Part shown: positions 32,467-42,448 of the stretch, piece by piece
Position numbering within the stretch: the stretch's first letter is position 1
Layout: the number at the start of each line of letters is the position of its first letter
From: Deltaproteobacteria bacterium
GTDB lineage: Bacteria; Myxococcota_A; UBA9160; SMWR01
Length of the DNA: 64,000 nucleotides
Assembly (NCBI GenBank): GCA_032128375.1
Contig: JAQBGU010000095.1
Span: forward strand, 1-64,000
Direction: 5' to 3'
Translations under genes and position numbers: made by a program
The notes under the pieces: generated by a model
Seen by the model: the letters and a program-made list of their open reading frames with translations, nothing else
Databases searched by the model: none
What the model was told of the DNA's origin: nothing

Positions 32467-33057
32467 TCACAGCTCCGCTGACGATGAGATGATCGTACCG
32501 ACGATCCCGTAATCTTTGGCCTCCTCGGGACTCATCCAGTGATTCCGATCGGTGTCTTTACTGACTTTCTCCAGCGGTTGCCCGGTCTGGTTCGCGATCG
32601 TCTGGTTGAGTCGCTCGCGCGCTTTCAAGATCTCTTCCGCCTCGATCTGGATATCGCTGGCAGCCCCGCCAGCGCCGCCCATCGGCTGGTGGATCAGGAA
32701 TCGAGTGTTCGGCAGGCAGTAGCGATCCTTCTTGGGAACGGCGAGATAAATGTAGACGCCGGCGCTCGCTACCCATCCGGTGCCGATCATGATCACGCGC
32801 GGTTTCACGAAGTTCATCATATCGTGAATCGAATCGCCTGCTTCCACGTGTCCGCCCTCGGAATGCACGAACACCGTGATGTCATCATCGGAAGCCGCCG
32901 ACAATGCCAGCAATTGGGCGGTGACTTCGCGCGCTACTCGAGAGGTGATCTCGCCGTGGATCAATATCGTGCGAGACTCGAAGAGTCGCTCGGAAACTTT
33001 CGGGTGGACCACGCCAGCGATGGCCTCAGCTGCGTCGTCTTCCTTTTCCTTGCTCAT
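32467..33057 (-). CDS. clpP: ATP-dependent Clp protease proteolytic subunit
   Basis: HSEGG, VASAG, FLIHQPMGG, DTDRNHWMSPEEAKDYG. Confidence 0.93.
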   Translation of the reverse strand: MSKEKEDDAAEAIAGVVHPKVSERLFESRTILIHGEITSRVAREVTAQLLALSAASDDDITVFVHSEGGHVEAGDSIHDMMNFVKPRVIMIGTGWVASAGVYIYLAVPKKDRYCLPNTRFLIHQPMGGAGGAASDIQIEAEEILKARERLNQTIANQTGQPLEKVSKDTDRNHWMSPEEAKDYGIVGTIISSSAEL

Positions 33058-33137
33058 GATACATACCCCCGGACGCTGCAAGAATTGCTTCGAGAAAACC
33101 TGCGAAGGAGCCCCTCGTGTTGATCCGCCCAGCCGGC

Positions 33138-34370
33138 TCAGCCAAACACCCGGCGAATCCGGGTGGCCGCTTCTTCGACGTTCTCGTGGGAATTGAACGC
33201 CGAGATCCGAATATAGCCCTCGCCCGCGGCACCGAAGCCGGAGCCCGGCGTTGCGACGACATGGGCTTGTTCGAGAAGCTGCTGGAAACAGTCCCACGAA
33301 GTGATCCCGCCCGGCGTCTTCATCCACACGTAGGGTGCGTGCTCCCCGCCAAACAGCGTGAAGCCGGCCTCCTGCAACCCTTCGCGCAGCATCGATGCAT
33401 TGCGCATGTAGTGGGCAACCTGCTCGCCGGTCTGCTTGCGGCCCGCTTCGGAATACACTGCGGCAGCCGCGCGCTGAACGATGTAGGGGACACAGTTGTA
33501 CTTCGTCGCCTGGCGACGGCCCCACAAGTTCGCGAGCGGGATGCGCTCGCCGGAAGCGCCGGCACCGGTTAATTCGCGTGGTAAAACGGTGTAGGCGCAG
33601 CGCACGCCGGTGAAGCCGGCGCGCTTCGAATAGCTGCGCATCTCGATCGCGCATTCGCGCGCACCGTCGATTTCGTAGATGGAATGCGGTAGCTGGTTGT
33701 CTTGGATGAACGCATCGTAGGCGGCGTCGAAGATCAACACAGAGTCATTCGCGCGCGCCCAGCCCACCCACTGTTCCAGGTTCTCGCGCGACGCGACTGC
33801 ACCCGTTGGATTGTTGGGAGAGCACAGGTACGCGAGGTCGACGCGCTGCTTGGGCGGAGCAGGCGCAAAACCATTGGCCTCGGTGGCCGGCAGATAGAGA
33901 ATCCCGTCGTAGGCGCCAAATTCGTTGGCAACCCCGGTCCGACCCGCCATCACGTTGGTATCGACGTACACCGGATAGCTCGGGTCGGTTACCGCGATCG
34001 TACAGTCGCCGCCGAAGATCTCCTGGATGTTTCCGCTGTCCTGTTTGCTGCCGTCAGAGACGAACAACTCGTCTTCGCCTATCTGGATGCCGCGAGCCGC
34101 GAAGTCGTGCTCAATGATGGCGTCGACGAGAAAGTCGTAACCGCGATCCGGGCCGTAGCCGTGGACGCCGTCGGGTGTTCCCATCTCGGCAGCGGCTTCC
34201 CGCAATGCCTCGACGACGGCTGGCACCAGTGGCAACGTGACGTCGCCGATGCCGAGCCTGATGATGTCCGCGTCAGGGTTCGCGGCGCTGAATTCGCTGA
34301 CCCGGCGTCCGATCTCGGGAAACAGATAGCCCGCCTGGAGCTTCGAGTAGTTGTCGTTGATGCGCGTCAT
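33138..34370 (-). CDS. dapL: LL-diaminopimelate aminotransferase
   Basis: [62 protein letters not shown]. Confidence 0.95.
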   Translation of the reverse strand: MTRINDNYSKLQAGYLFPEIGRRVSEFSAANPDADIIRLGIGDVTLPLVPAVVEALREAAAEMGTPDGVHGYGPDRGYDFLVDAIIEHDFAARGIQIGEDELFVSDGSKQDSGNIQEIFGGDCTIAVTDPSYPVYVDTNVMAGRTGVANEFGAYDGILYLPATEANGFAPAPPKQRVDLAYLCSPNNPTGAVASRENLEQWVGWARANDSVLIFDAAYDAFIQDNQLPHSIYEIDGARECAIEMRSYSKRAGFTGVRCAYTVLPRELTGAGASGERIPLANLWGRRQATKYNCVPYIVQRAAAAVYSEAGRKQTGEQVAHYMRNASMLREGLQEAGFTLFGGEHAPYVWMKTPGGITSWDCFQQLLEQAHVVATPGSGFGAAGEGYIRISAFNSHENVEEAATRIRRVFG

Positions 34371-34443
34371 GGCGGCGGAACATAGCAGCCGAGAGGCGGT
34401 ATTTCGGTCTACTGCGATCCTTCGCCCGTGTTTTGGAAACCCG

Positions 34444-36069
34444 CTATCGAGGGCCGATGAGCACGCCAGGGTTCAAGATGCCCGCCGGGTCGAGTTCGGC
34501 CTTGGTGGCAGCAAGCGCGCGTGCGAAACCATCGGGTCGCTGGCGGTCGTACCAGGGACGGTGGTCGCGGCCGACCGAGTGGTGGTGGGTGATTGTGCCG
34601 CCGAATCGCAACAGGGCCTCGCTCGCGGCGGACTTGATCTCGGCCCATTGCTCGAGCTCACTGCCGCGCCGGCCGGGTGCCATCACCGTGTAGTAGGGTG
34701 CCGCACCGTCCGGGTAGGCGTGCGTAAACCGACACGACACAGTCCCCGTTCCGCAGATGCGCTCGACCGCATCGCGGGTGGCGTCCATGACTGCATCGTG
34801 AAACTCGCCGAAACGATCCCACGGAATCGCGGTCTCGAACGTCTCGGTAATCATGGCCGCGCGAACGACCGCGTCTCGCAAATATGGCGCGTTGAGAAAT
34901 GCGTTGCGCCACGCACCGGCAGCGCCTTCACGCGCGCCCGAACTGCTGCTGGGGGACTGCACAGCGTCGCTCGGAATTTCGCCTCCTGCGTCCGCACAGC
35001 ATTCCAGTGCTCGATCGATCCAAGCGGCGAGCGGGTGATCGGCCGATTCGAACCCGAGTACCAGAATGCTGGCACCGGTCATGTCGGCACCGGAACTCGT
35101 CGCCTCTCCCGCGTCGAGTAGCCGGCAGTTCGAGGGGAATAGTCCCGTTTGGCTCAGCGTACGCACCGCGCGTGCACCGTCGGAAAAGCCGTGTTCGCCG
35201 GGGAAGCGAATCGATGCGGATGCGCGAAACGTCGGTCGATCCTGCAGGCGCATCCAGGCTTCGGTGACGATGCCGAGTGTGCCCTCGGATCCGAGAATCC
35301 AGCGGTCCGGACTCGGTCCCGCTCCGGAACCGGGCAGACGACGACTCTCGATGATCCCCGTTGGTGTCACAGTGCGCAGCGATTCGACGAAATCGTCGAT
35401 GTGAGTGTAGAGCGTCGCGTAGTGGCCACCGGATCGTGTGGCGATCCAACCGCCGAGCGTCGAAAACTCGAACGATTGCGGGTAGTGCCGCATGGTCAAC
35501 CCGTGCGGCCGAAGTCCGTCCTCGAGCGCCGGGCCGTAGATCCCGCCCTGAATGCGGGCGGCGCGCGAGACGGTGTCGATCTCGATAATCCGGTCGAGCC
35601 CGCCAAGGTCGATCGACACGGCACCCGCGTAGGCATCGCCAACGTCGGCCTCGACCCCGCCGGTTACGCTCGATCCGCCGCCGTAGGGGATCGCGGCTAT
35701 TCGCGCGTCGGAAAGCCAGTCGAGCAGGGCGACTACTTCCGCCTCGCAGGTGGGAAAGGCCACCAGGTCGGGCGGGTTCTCGAACTCGCCGCGCGCTCCA
35801 CGCACGATGTCACGAAACGACTTCCCGTAGGTGTGGGAAGCGCGATCGTATGTCGATGCCGAACAGAGAGACGCCAACGCTTCCGGCGGGACGATGCGGG
35901 GTGCGGGCAAATCGATGTCTTCGATACGCGGTGCCGGCGCCAACGCGACGGCCACTTCGAAGCGCTTCGCGAGCGTGGCCGCAATGCGCTGCGATTGTTC
36001 TTCGTTGGGCCCGTCGCCCTCGAACCCCCATCCCCAGAATTTTCTTTTTCGCGCGCTTTTACCCGACAT
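34444..36069 (-). CDS. FAD-binding oxidoreductase, alkylglycerone-phosphate synthase-like
   Basis: [45 protein letters not shown]. Confidence 0.85.
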   Translation of the reverse strand: MSGKSARKRKFWGWGFEGDGPNEEQSQRIAATLAKRFEVAVALAPAPRIEDIDLPAPRIVPPEALASLCSASTYDRASHTYGKSFRDIVRGARGEFENPPDLVAFPTCEAEVVALLDWLSDARIAAIPYGGGSSVTGGVEADVGDAYAGAVSIDLGGLDRIIEIDTVSRAARIQGGIYGPALEDGLRPHGLTMRHYPQSFEFSTLGGWIATRSGGHYATLYTHIDDFVESLRTVTPTGIIESRRLPGSGAGPSPDRWILGSEGTLGIVTEAWMRLQDRPTFRASASIRFPGEHGFSDGARAVRTLSQTGLFPSNCRLLDAGEATSSGADMTGASILVLGFESADHPLAAWIDRALECCADAGGEIPSDAVQSPSSSSGAREGAAGAWRNAFLNAPYLRDAVVRAAMITETFETAIPWDRFGEFHDAVMDATRDAVERICGTGTVSCRFTHAYPDGAAPYYTVMAPGRRGSELEQWAEIKSAASEALLRFGGTITHHHSVGRDHRPWYDRQRPDGFARALAATKAELDPAGILNPGVLIGPR

Positions 36070-36113
36070 CGGCGTTCCTCCTGGCTTGCGCTCATCGACT
36101 CCGGCAGCGCTGG

Positions 36114-37013
36114 CTACGCGTTGGGTGCCAGCGCCTCGAGAATTCGGAGGTCCGGCCCCGGTTTGCCGTCGCTGCGGAACGGCTGGATGCAGACGTGGTC
36201 GGCGCCGGCGTCCCGATGCGCCTGGATTCGATCCGCGATCGCTTTTTCGTCGCCCCAGGCGACGATGGCATCCACCAATTTGTCGCTGCAGCCGTTTTCA
36301 AAATCGGCATCCTGGTAGCCGATCCACTTCAGGTTGTTCTGGTAGTTGGGAAGTCCCGCGTAGATGGCGATGTTCTGGCGCGCGATCTGTCGCGCTTTGG
36401 TGGGGTCTGTTTCGAGCAGCACCATCTGCTCGGGACACAGCAGCGGATCGGGCCCGAGGATTTCCCTGGCGCGCGCAGTGTGCTCGGGCGGGACAAAGTA
36501 GGGATGCGCACCACTGGCTTTTTCGCCCGCTAGACGCAGCATGTTCTGTCGCAGCGCTGCCAGCAGGATCGGCGCGTCCTGTTCGGGTTGGGGGCCCTGG
36601 TACAGGGCGCCGGACATGGCCTCGAGGTAGGCGCGCATCGTCGAGACGGGCTTGCCGTATTCGTGGCCACGGACCTTGCTGACGAGGTGCGAGTGCGACA
36701 CCCCAATGCCGAGCAGGAAACGTCCTCCCGTCAACTCGGCGACGGTCTTCTGGATCGCACGCATCGTCATCGGGTCGCGTGCATAGATGTTGGCGATGCC
36801 AGTGGCAAGGATCAGCTTCTCGGTTCTCGCACCCAGGTAGCCGAGCAGCGCGAACGGGTCGCGCCCGATCGCTTCGGGAACCCACAGCGCCGAGTAGCCC
36901 CACTGCTCGATCTGGCTGGCGAAGTCTGCTGCCTGCGGTGCGCTGAAGGCGTCGAGCCAGGTCCAGACTCCAAGAGGTTCGAGAGTGCTGCGGTCGGGCG
37001 CTGAGGCACTCAT
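36114..37013 (-). CDS. LLM-class F420-dependent oxidoreductase
   Basis: GYSALWVPE, ATGIANIYAR, RFLLGIGVSH, GAHPY, AGADHVCIQ; RBS AGGAG. Confidence 0.88.
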   Translation of the reverse strand: MSASAPDRSTLEPLGVWTWLDAFSAPQAADFASQIEQWGYSALWVPEAIGRDPFALLGYLGARTEKLILATGIANIYARDPMTMRAIQKTVAELTGGRFLLGIGVSHSHLVSKVRGHEYGKPVSTMRAYLEAMSGALYQGPQPEQDAPILLAALRQNMLRLAGEKASGAHPYFVPPEHTARAREILGPDPLLCPEQMVLLETDPTKARQIARQNIAIYAGLPNYQNNLKWIGYQDADFENGCSDKLVDAIVAWGDEKAIADRIQAHRDAGADHVCIQPFRSDGKPGPDLRILEALAPNA

Positions 37014-37027
37014 GGATTCGGTTGCTC

Positions 37028-37097
37028 CTGTTGTTGTGGTTGTTGTTGTGTTTGTTGTGTTTGTTGTCGTGGTTGTATTTTGCAGTTTGCAGTTGCA
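37028..37097 (-). repeat. CAA/ACA-rich low-complexity leader directly 5' of the LLM gene RBS
   Basis: Minus strand reads ACAACCACGACAACAAACACAACAAACACAACAACAACCACAACAACAGGAG. Confidence 0.75.
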
Positions 37098-37193
37098 GCC
37101 GTGCCTCGAGGGTCGGGTTGCGACGATCGCGTGAGGCATATGCCTCGAGTGAAGTTCGCAGGGTAACCCAAAGCGCCGCGTCGCAATTGGGCT

Positions 37194-37799
37194 GTGCGAG
37201 TATCCGCGTGGGTGCGGCTTCGCTGGCTCTCGGTCGCCATGGCAGCCGGTTCCGTCGCGCTGTCGGTCGGGTGGGGGGTATCTGACTGGCTCGAGCAGCA
37301 CAACGACTTCTGCACGAGCTGTCATCTGGACTCGGGTGTCCCGCTTCATATCGACCTGCGCCGCGCGTACGACCGCTCGCCGGAAGCGAATCTCGCCTCG
37401 GCCCACGCTCGCGCCGAAGTCCCGGGTCGCGCTGATGGCTTTCGCTGTATCGACTGCCACGGCGGTGCCAGCTGGAAAGGACGAGCCAGGGTAAAGGCGC
37501 TCGCCGCGATCGACGGGTTCTGGTACGCAGTGGGTCGCTTTGATGAGCCAACAGCAATGAAGTGGCCGCTTCTGGATGAGGACTGCCAGAAGTGTCATGC
37601 AGAATTCGACCCGCCATCGATCGGGGATTGGGAAACTCCGCGATTTCACGACTTGCCGGTACACAACGTCGAACTCGGCGTAGACTGTGTGGCGTGTCAT
37701 CGCGCACACGAGTCGGGTGGGAATCCGGGCGGTTTCTTCATCGCGGCGGATTGGGTGCGACCGCAGTGCGGACGCTGTCACGAGAGAGACGCAACCTAG
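37194..37799 (+). CDS. Membrane-anchored pentaheme c-type cytochrome (NapC/NirT-like)
   Basis: N-terminal TM; CTSCH, CIDCH, CQKCH, CVACH, CGRCH. Confidence 0.85.
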   Translation: MRVSAWVRLRWLSVAMAAGSVALSVGWGVSDWLEQHNDFCTSCHLDSGVPLHIDLRRAYDRSPEANLASAHARAEVPGRADGFRCIDCHGGASWKGRARVKALAAIDGFWYAVGRFDEPTAMKWPLLDEDCQKCHAEFDPPSIGDWETPRFHDLPVHNVELGVDCVACHRAHESGGNPGGFFIAADWVRPQCGRCHERDAT

Positions 37800-38002
37800 G
37801 ACCCAGATGAGTATTCGATATTGATGGGTATTCGATGAGTCTGGAATGGAGCCGAAGGGCGGGGCGGCGGAAACTACCAACGCCTGGCATCAAGATATCG
37901 TCGTCGAACGGCCCGCGGCGAGAGGCGGCTGGGGCTCATGAGCCACTGGTCTGCGGCCGCCAGAATCGGGCATCATGCCGCCAGCTGTCGCACGGAGTAC
38001 TC

Positions 38003-39073
38003 ATGCTGACTCGCATCTCGATCCTCGTTGCGGCAACCATCTTCGCCCTGGTCGCGCTCACTGGCTGTACCGTCGCTCCCGTGCGCCGCGCGCCGCCGGC
38101 GCTGGGCTACGCGGAGCGGCCGACGACCAGTGGAGCGGACCGCTTCCCGAACTGGCCTGTTCCGGCCGACGAGGCCGAGCGCCTGATCCTGCACGCCCGG
38201 CGCGAATTGAAGAAGCGGACAGGCGCAGGCGCTGGAACCACCGGGGCGGAGAAAGTGTCGCTCGCCTTTCCGGACGACGACATCGAGCTGGACATCAAGT
38301 GGAAGCTGGTGGACTCCTCTTGGAAGGGGATCACCGAGCGGTACGACGGCATCAACAACTCTCCGCGCAAGGAGCTCGCGGCCTGGAAGATCCAGCGTCT
38401 CTTCCTCGAGCCCGAGGACTACGTCGCCCCGTTCACCACGGCCTACTGCGTGCCGCTGGCCGAAGCTTCCGAAGCGGATCGCAAGCTGGGCCCCACCATA
38501 GCTGGAAGCCAGTGCCAGCTGGGTGTGGCCGCGGTGTGGCTGCAGAACATCACGCTGCAGATTCCGGTGCTGGACTCAGAGCGCTTCGACCGCGACTACG
38601 TGTACGCGTACTTCCTTTCGAACCTCAACATCTTTACCTACCTGGTGAAACACCACGACGGGCGCGATGGAAACTTTTTGGTGTCAAAGGACGACGCGCG
38701 CCGTCAGGTGTTCTCGATCGACAACGGGGTCAGCTTCGGGGCCGGCTTCAGCGGACTGTTCTACAACTGGTTCGTGGCGAACTGGAACTCGATCCGCGTG
38801 CCGGCTCTGCGCAAAGCATCGATCGATCGCCTGCGCGGGGTGACGGAGGCGGACGTCACGGCGGCTCTGGGCGTGGTCTCACAGCTCGAGCGAAACGATG
38901 AGGGCATCTATGTCAACGTCCCGCCGGGCAAGAACCTGGATCCGAGCCGCGGGGTGCGTATCGAGGGCAGGCAGCTTCAATTCGGGCTCACCGACGACGA
39001 GGTCGAGGACGTCTGGCAGCGCATCCAAGACCTGATCGAAGACGTAGACACTGGTGTGCTTCCCGTCTTCTAG
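38003..39073 (+). CDS. Lipoprotein with a predicted atypical (PI3/4K/HipA-like) kinase fold
   Basis: Lipobox LTGC; GAGTTG, IKWK, RKELAAW, HHDGRDGNFL, SIDNG. Confidence 0.7.
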   Translation: MLTRISILVAATIFALVALTGCTVAPVRRAPPALGYAERPTTSGADRFPNWPVPADEAERLILHARRELKKRTGAGAGTTGAEKVSLAFPDDDIELDIKWKLVDSSWKGITERYDGINNSPRKELAAWKIQRLFLEPEDYVAPFTTAYCVPLAEASEADRKLGPTIAGSQCQLGVAAVWLQNITLQIPVLDSERFDRDYVYAYFLSNLNIFTYLVKHHDGRDGNFLVSKDDARRQVFSIDNGVSFGAGFSGLFYNWFVANWNSIRVPALRKASIDRLRGVTEADVTAALGVVSQLERNDEGIYVNVPPGKNLDPSRGVRIEGRQLQFGLTDDEVEDVWQRIQDLIEDVDTGVLPVF

Positions 39074-39181
39074 TCCGGTTTCGAAGCATCTCGGAAGCGG
39101 AGGCCAGCCCGGGCCGACTCCACGTCGCTGTCGGGCTGGTCCATTTCGAATCTTGACAGCTACGAGGCTCGTGAAACGTTG

Positions 39182-40633
39182 ATGACCGAAGAACCGCGCC
39201 GCGGAATGCTCGAGCGCTTCCTCAGCCTCTTCTCCGACATCCGCCCGGGGGAGGGCGCGAACGTCCTGCTGATGTTCGCGAACATCTTCCTGATCCTGAC
39301 GGCGTACTACGTGCTCAAGGTGGTGCGCGAGAGCCTGACGATCGGCGGGGTCCAGCTCTTCGGCCTGGGCGGCGACGAGATCAAGGCCTACTTGCCGGCC
39401 GCGATGGCTGTGCTCTTGCTGGGAGTCGTCCCGCTCTATGGGGCCGTCGCGAGCGCCGTGAGCCGCATCCGCCTGATCAATGGGACCACGCTGATAGTGA
39501 TGGGGACCCTGGTCCTTTTCTGGTTCTGGGGCCGCGCTAGCGGTGTCGGCACCGCGATCGGATTGTCCTTCTATGTCTACATCGGCATCGTCAACGTCTT
39601 CCTGATTGCGCAGTTCTGGTCGTTCGCAAACGACATCTACACCGAGTCCGAAGGCAAGCGCCTGTTCGCCGTGATCGCGATCGGCCAGTCGCTCGGAGCC
39701 GTGCTCGGCCCACGCATCGCTGGACACGGTGCAGACGACATCTTTGTGCTGCTTCTCGTGAGCGCGGGGATCTTCGCCGTTTGCTTGTTGCTCTACAACC
39801 TCATCAACACGCGCGTCCGCCCGGAGCACGCCGACGAGGGAGGCGGCGACTGGCAGGCCGAAAAGCCGCTCGAGAAGGGGGACGGCTTCCGGCTCGTCCT
39901 GACCACCCGCTACCTGCTGCTGATCGCCTGCATGGTGTTGGTGTCGAACCTCGTGAACACCACGGGCGAATACATCCTGTCGAATGCGGCACTGAAGCAC
40001 GCGGAGGAGACGGTGCCCAGCCTCCCGGCCGCCGCGGTCAACGCGAATGCAAAGCGGGCCGTGATCGATGCTGCGGTGCCGGACCCCCAAGCGGACGAGG
40101 CGACGGGCCGGGCCGCGGCGTTGCGCAGCGCGCGCTCCGAAGTGATCGGGAAGTTCTACGGCGACTTCTTTTTCTGGGTGAACCTCGTCGGCGTCATCAC
40201 CCAGATGTTCCTGGTCTCGCGCATCTTCAAGTACCTGGGGGTGCGCGCGGCGCTCTTCGTGCTGCCGGTGATCGCGTTCGGCGGTTACGCGGCGATCGGC
40301 CTGATCGGCGGCCTCACAGTGCTCCGCTTCGCCAAGACCGCCGAGAACAGCACTGACTACTCGCTCCAGAACACGGTGAAGCAGGCGCTATTCCTGCCCA
40401 CCTCGCGAGAGGCCAAGTACAAGGCCAAGGCAGCCATCGACACCTTCTTCGTACGCTTCGGCGACACCGCCTCCGCGGGCCTGATCTGGGTCGGACTCCA
40501 CTTGCTCGTGCTGGAAGCGCGCGATTTCGCGTTCGCAAACGTGGGACTCGTGTTGATCTGGCTGCTGCTCAACGTGGGGATCGCGAGGGAGCACAAGAAG
40601 CTGGTTCCCAACGACCGCGAGCAGAAACTGTGA
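39182..40633 (+). CDS. NTP/NDP exchange transporter (ATP:ADP antiporter, NTT/Tlc family)
   Basis: Multi-TM protein; YYVLKVVRE, QFWSFANDIY...GKRLF, DYSLQNT...LFLP..REAKYKAKAAIDTFFVRFGD. Confidence 0.85.
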   Translation: MTEEPRRGMLERFLSLFSDIRPGEGANVLLMFANIFLILTAYYVLKVVRESLTIGGVQLFGLGGDEIKAYLPAAMAVLLLGVVPLYGAVASAVSRIRLINGTTLIVMGTLVLFWFWGRASGVGTAIGLSFYVYIGIVNVFLIAQFWSFANDIYTESEGKRLFAVIAIGQSLGAVLGPRIAGHGADDIFVLLLVSAGIFAVCLLLYNLINTRVRPEHADEGGGDWQAEKPLEKGDGFRLVLTTRYLLLIACMVLVSNLVNTTGEYILSNAALKHAEETVPSLPAAAVNANAKRAVIDAAVPDPQADEATGRAAALRSARSEVIGKFYGDFFFWVNLVGVITQMFLVSRIFKYLGVRAALFVLPVIAFGGYAAIGLIGGLTVLRFAKTAENSTDYSLQNTVKQALFLPTSREAKYKAKAAIDTFFVRFGDTASAGLIWVGLHLLVLEARDFAFANVGLVLIWLLLNVGIAREHKKLVPNDREQKL

Positions 40634-40682
40634 GACAGGATTTCTGCCCGACCTCTTCCGCTCCACGAGAAGAAACCCGTGG

Positions 40683-41042
40683 ATGCATACGGAAGCAACA
40701 GGCGCAAACAATCTACTATTCAAGAAGCATGACACAAACGGCGACTACATCGTGGAGAGCGCCATCCCAGCCTCCAACGACGCCAAGGCTGATGACGTCG
40801 GTTGCCGGGGAGAGGACTCGGCCACGAAGAAGTGGGCGAGCGCCTCTGTGGTATTCACGCTCCGCGCGCCCGCTGCGACCGGCGACTTTCCGCTGGCTGC
40901 GTCGTACTGGTATGGAACCGAGAAGGCGTCGCCGCTCGGCTGTACGACCAACGCGATGGGCCGCCAGGAAGTTCGCGGTGGTTTCACGGGCGGCTCGGGG
41001 CGTCTGCTGTTCAGCGACGTGCTCCAGATTCAGGTGAAATAG
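40683..41042 (+). pseudogene. Short ORF, possibly the 3' remnant of a larger hypothetical gene
   Basis: Protein-like beta-rich C-terminus (VVFTLRAP...YWYGTEKASPLG); no clear RBS or signal peptide. Confidence 0.4.
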
Positions 41043-41237
41043 CCGCGTCGCGCAACTTTCCGCACAACTGTGCGCAGCCAGGACTCGAATCCGAAAGGTC
41101 GCGAGGCGAGCCACGCTGCGCGATGCTAAGACGGCTGTGTTGCACGTCTGGGGGCCGGCTGCCGTCTTCCCGAAACCGCTTTGCGTTTCACTGTTGCAAC
41201 CGGCTCGAATCAGTTGCCCGAACCGAAGGAATACCTG

Positions 41238-42431
41238 TTGAACGCCACACCCGACTACCGCGTTTTCGATGCGGACAACCACTACTACGAAGCCCTCGAC
41301 GCCTTCACTCGCCACCTCGATCCCAAGGTTGCCAGGCGAACCGTCCAGTGGTGCGAAATCGAGGGCCGCAAGTATCACGTGGTCGGTGGTCGCGTCAGCC
41401 ACGCGGTGACCAACCCCACCTTTACGCCGATCGCGAAACCCGGCGCGCTGCACGCCTATTTGAAGGGCGATTCCGATGGACGCAACGCGTTCGAGCTGAT
41501 GCGCGACCGTGAACCGATACCAGACTACTACCTGCAACCGGCAGCCCGGGTCAAGAAGATGGACGAGCAGGGACTGGATTCGACGTGGTTGTTTCCGACG
41601 CTCGGCGTGCTGTACGAAGAACTCTCGAGCCACGATATCGAGGCCGTGAAGCTCACGTTCCGGTCGTTCAATCGCTGGCTCGATGAGGACTGGGGGTTCG
41701 CGTTTCAGAACCGAATCTACGCTTCGCCCTACATCTCGTTGTGCGACGTAGACTTCGCGGTGTCCGAACTCGAATGGGCGCTCGAACGGGGTGCGCGCAG
41801 CGTCGTCATGCGGCCAGCGGCCGCTTTCACGATCGGCGGACCGCTGTCGCCGGGTGACCCGCACTTCGACCCCTTCTGGGCGCGCGTCAACGAGGCGGGG
41901 ATCGCCGTCATCGTGCACGCGGGCGACAGTGGTTACAGCTGCAATGGTTACGCGCCCGACGGTTTCGGCGCCGACTTCGGCAGCGACGGAGTGATGCGGC
42001 GACCGTCTGTAAAGGCGTGGAACATCGAGCGTGCCGCGCTCGACTTCCTCGCGCAGATGATCTTCGATCGCGTCTTCGAGCGATTCCCTCATGTGCGACT
42101 TGCCTCGATCGAGAATGGCTCCGAATTCTTGCCAGATCTGTTTCGCAAGCTTGGGTCGCTCGGCAAGAAGATGACTCACTATTTCGAGAATGATCCGCTC
42201 GAGACCTTCCGGCAGCACGTCTGGATCAGTCCCTTCTGGGAAGACGACGTGGGCGAAGTGGTCGAATTCATGGGGGCGGATCGCGTCGTCTTCGGTTCGG
42301 ATTGGCCGCACATCGAAGGTCTACCCCAGCCGCTCGACTACCTCGACGAGATCGCGAGCTTCGACGCACCTACGCAGAAGAAGATCATGTCCGACAACAT
42401 GTTCGCACTCAACGAGCTGCGCCCGGCCTGA
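41238..42431 (+). CDS. Amidohydrolase family protein (Amidohydro_2)
   Basis: FDADNHYYE, DPFWA....GI...H, IENG, FGSDWPHIEG; TTG start after AAGGA. Confidence 0.88.
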   Translation: MNATPDYRVFDADNHYYEALDAFTRHLDPKVARRTVQWCEIEGRKYHVVGGRVSHAVTNPTFTPIAKPGALHAYLKGDSDGRNAFELMRDREPIPDYYLQPAARVKKMDEQGLDSTWLFPTLGVLYEELSSHDIEAVKLTFRSFNRWLDEDWGFAFQNRIYASPYISLCDVDFAVSELEWALERGARSVVMRPAAAFTIGGPLSPGDPHFDPFWARVNEAGIAVIVHAGDSGYSCNGYAPDGFGADFGSDGVMRRPSVKAWNIERAALDFLAQMIFDRVFERFPHVRLASIENGSEFLPDLFRKLGSLGKKMTHYFENDPLETFRQHVWISPFWEDDVGEVVEFMGADRVVFGSDWPHIEGLPQPLDYLDEIASFDAPTQKKIMSDNMFALNELRPA

Positions 42432-42448
42432 CGCGACGCAATGGTGGT

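Noticed and set aside
36114..37880. 588-aa version of the LLM ORF with a poly-Thr linker
   Set aside because: The extension overlaps the pentaheme cytochrome on the other strand, and a clear RBS and ATG lie at 37013.
39153..39181. Perfect TTGACA upstream of the NTT gene as a sigma-70 promoter
   Set aside because: No acceptable -10 element at 16-18 bp spacing.
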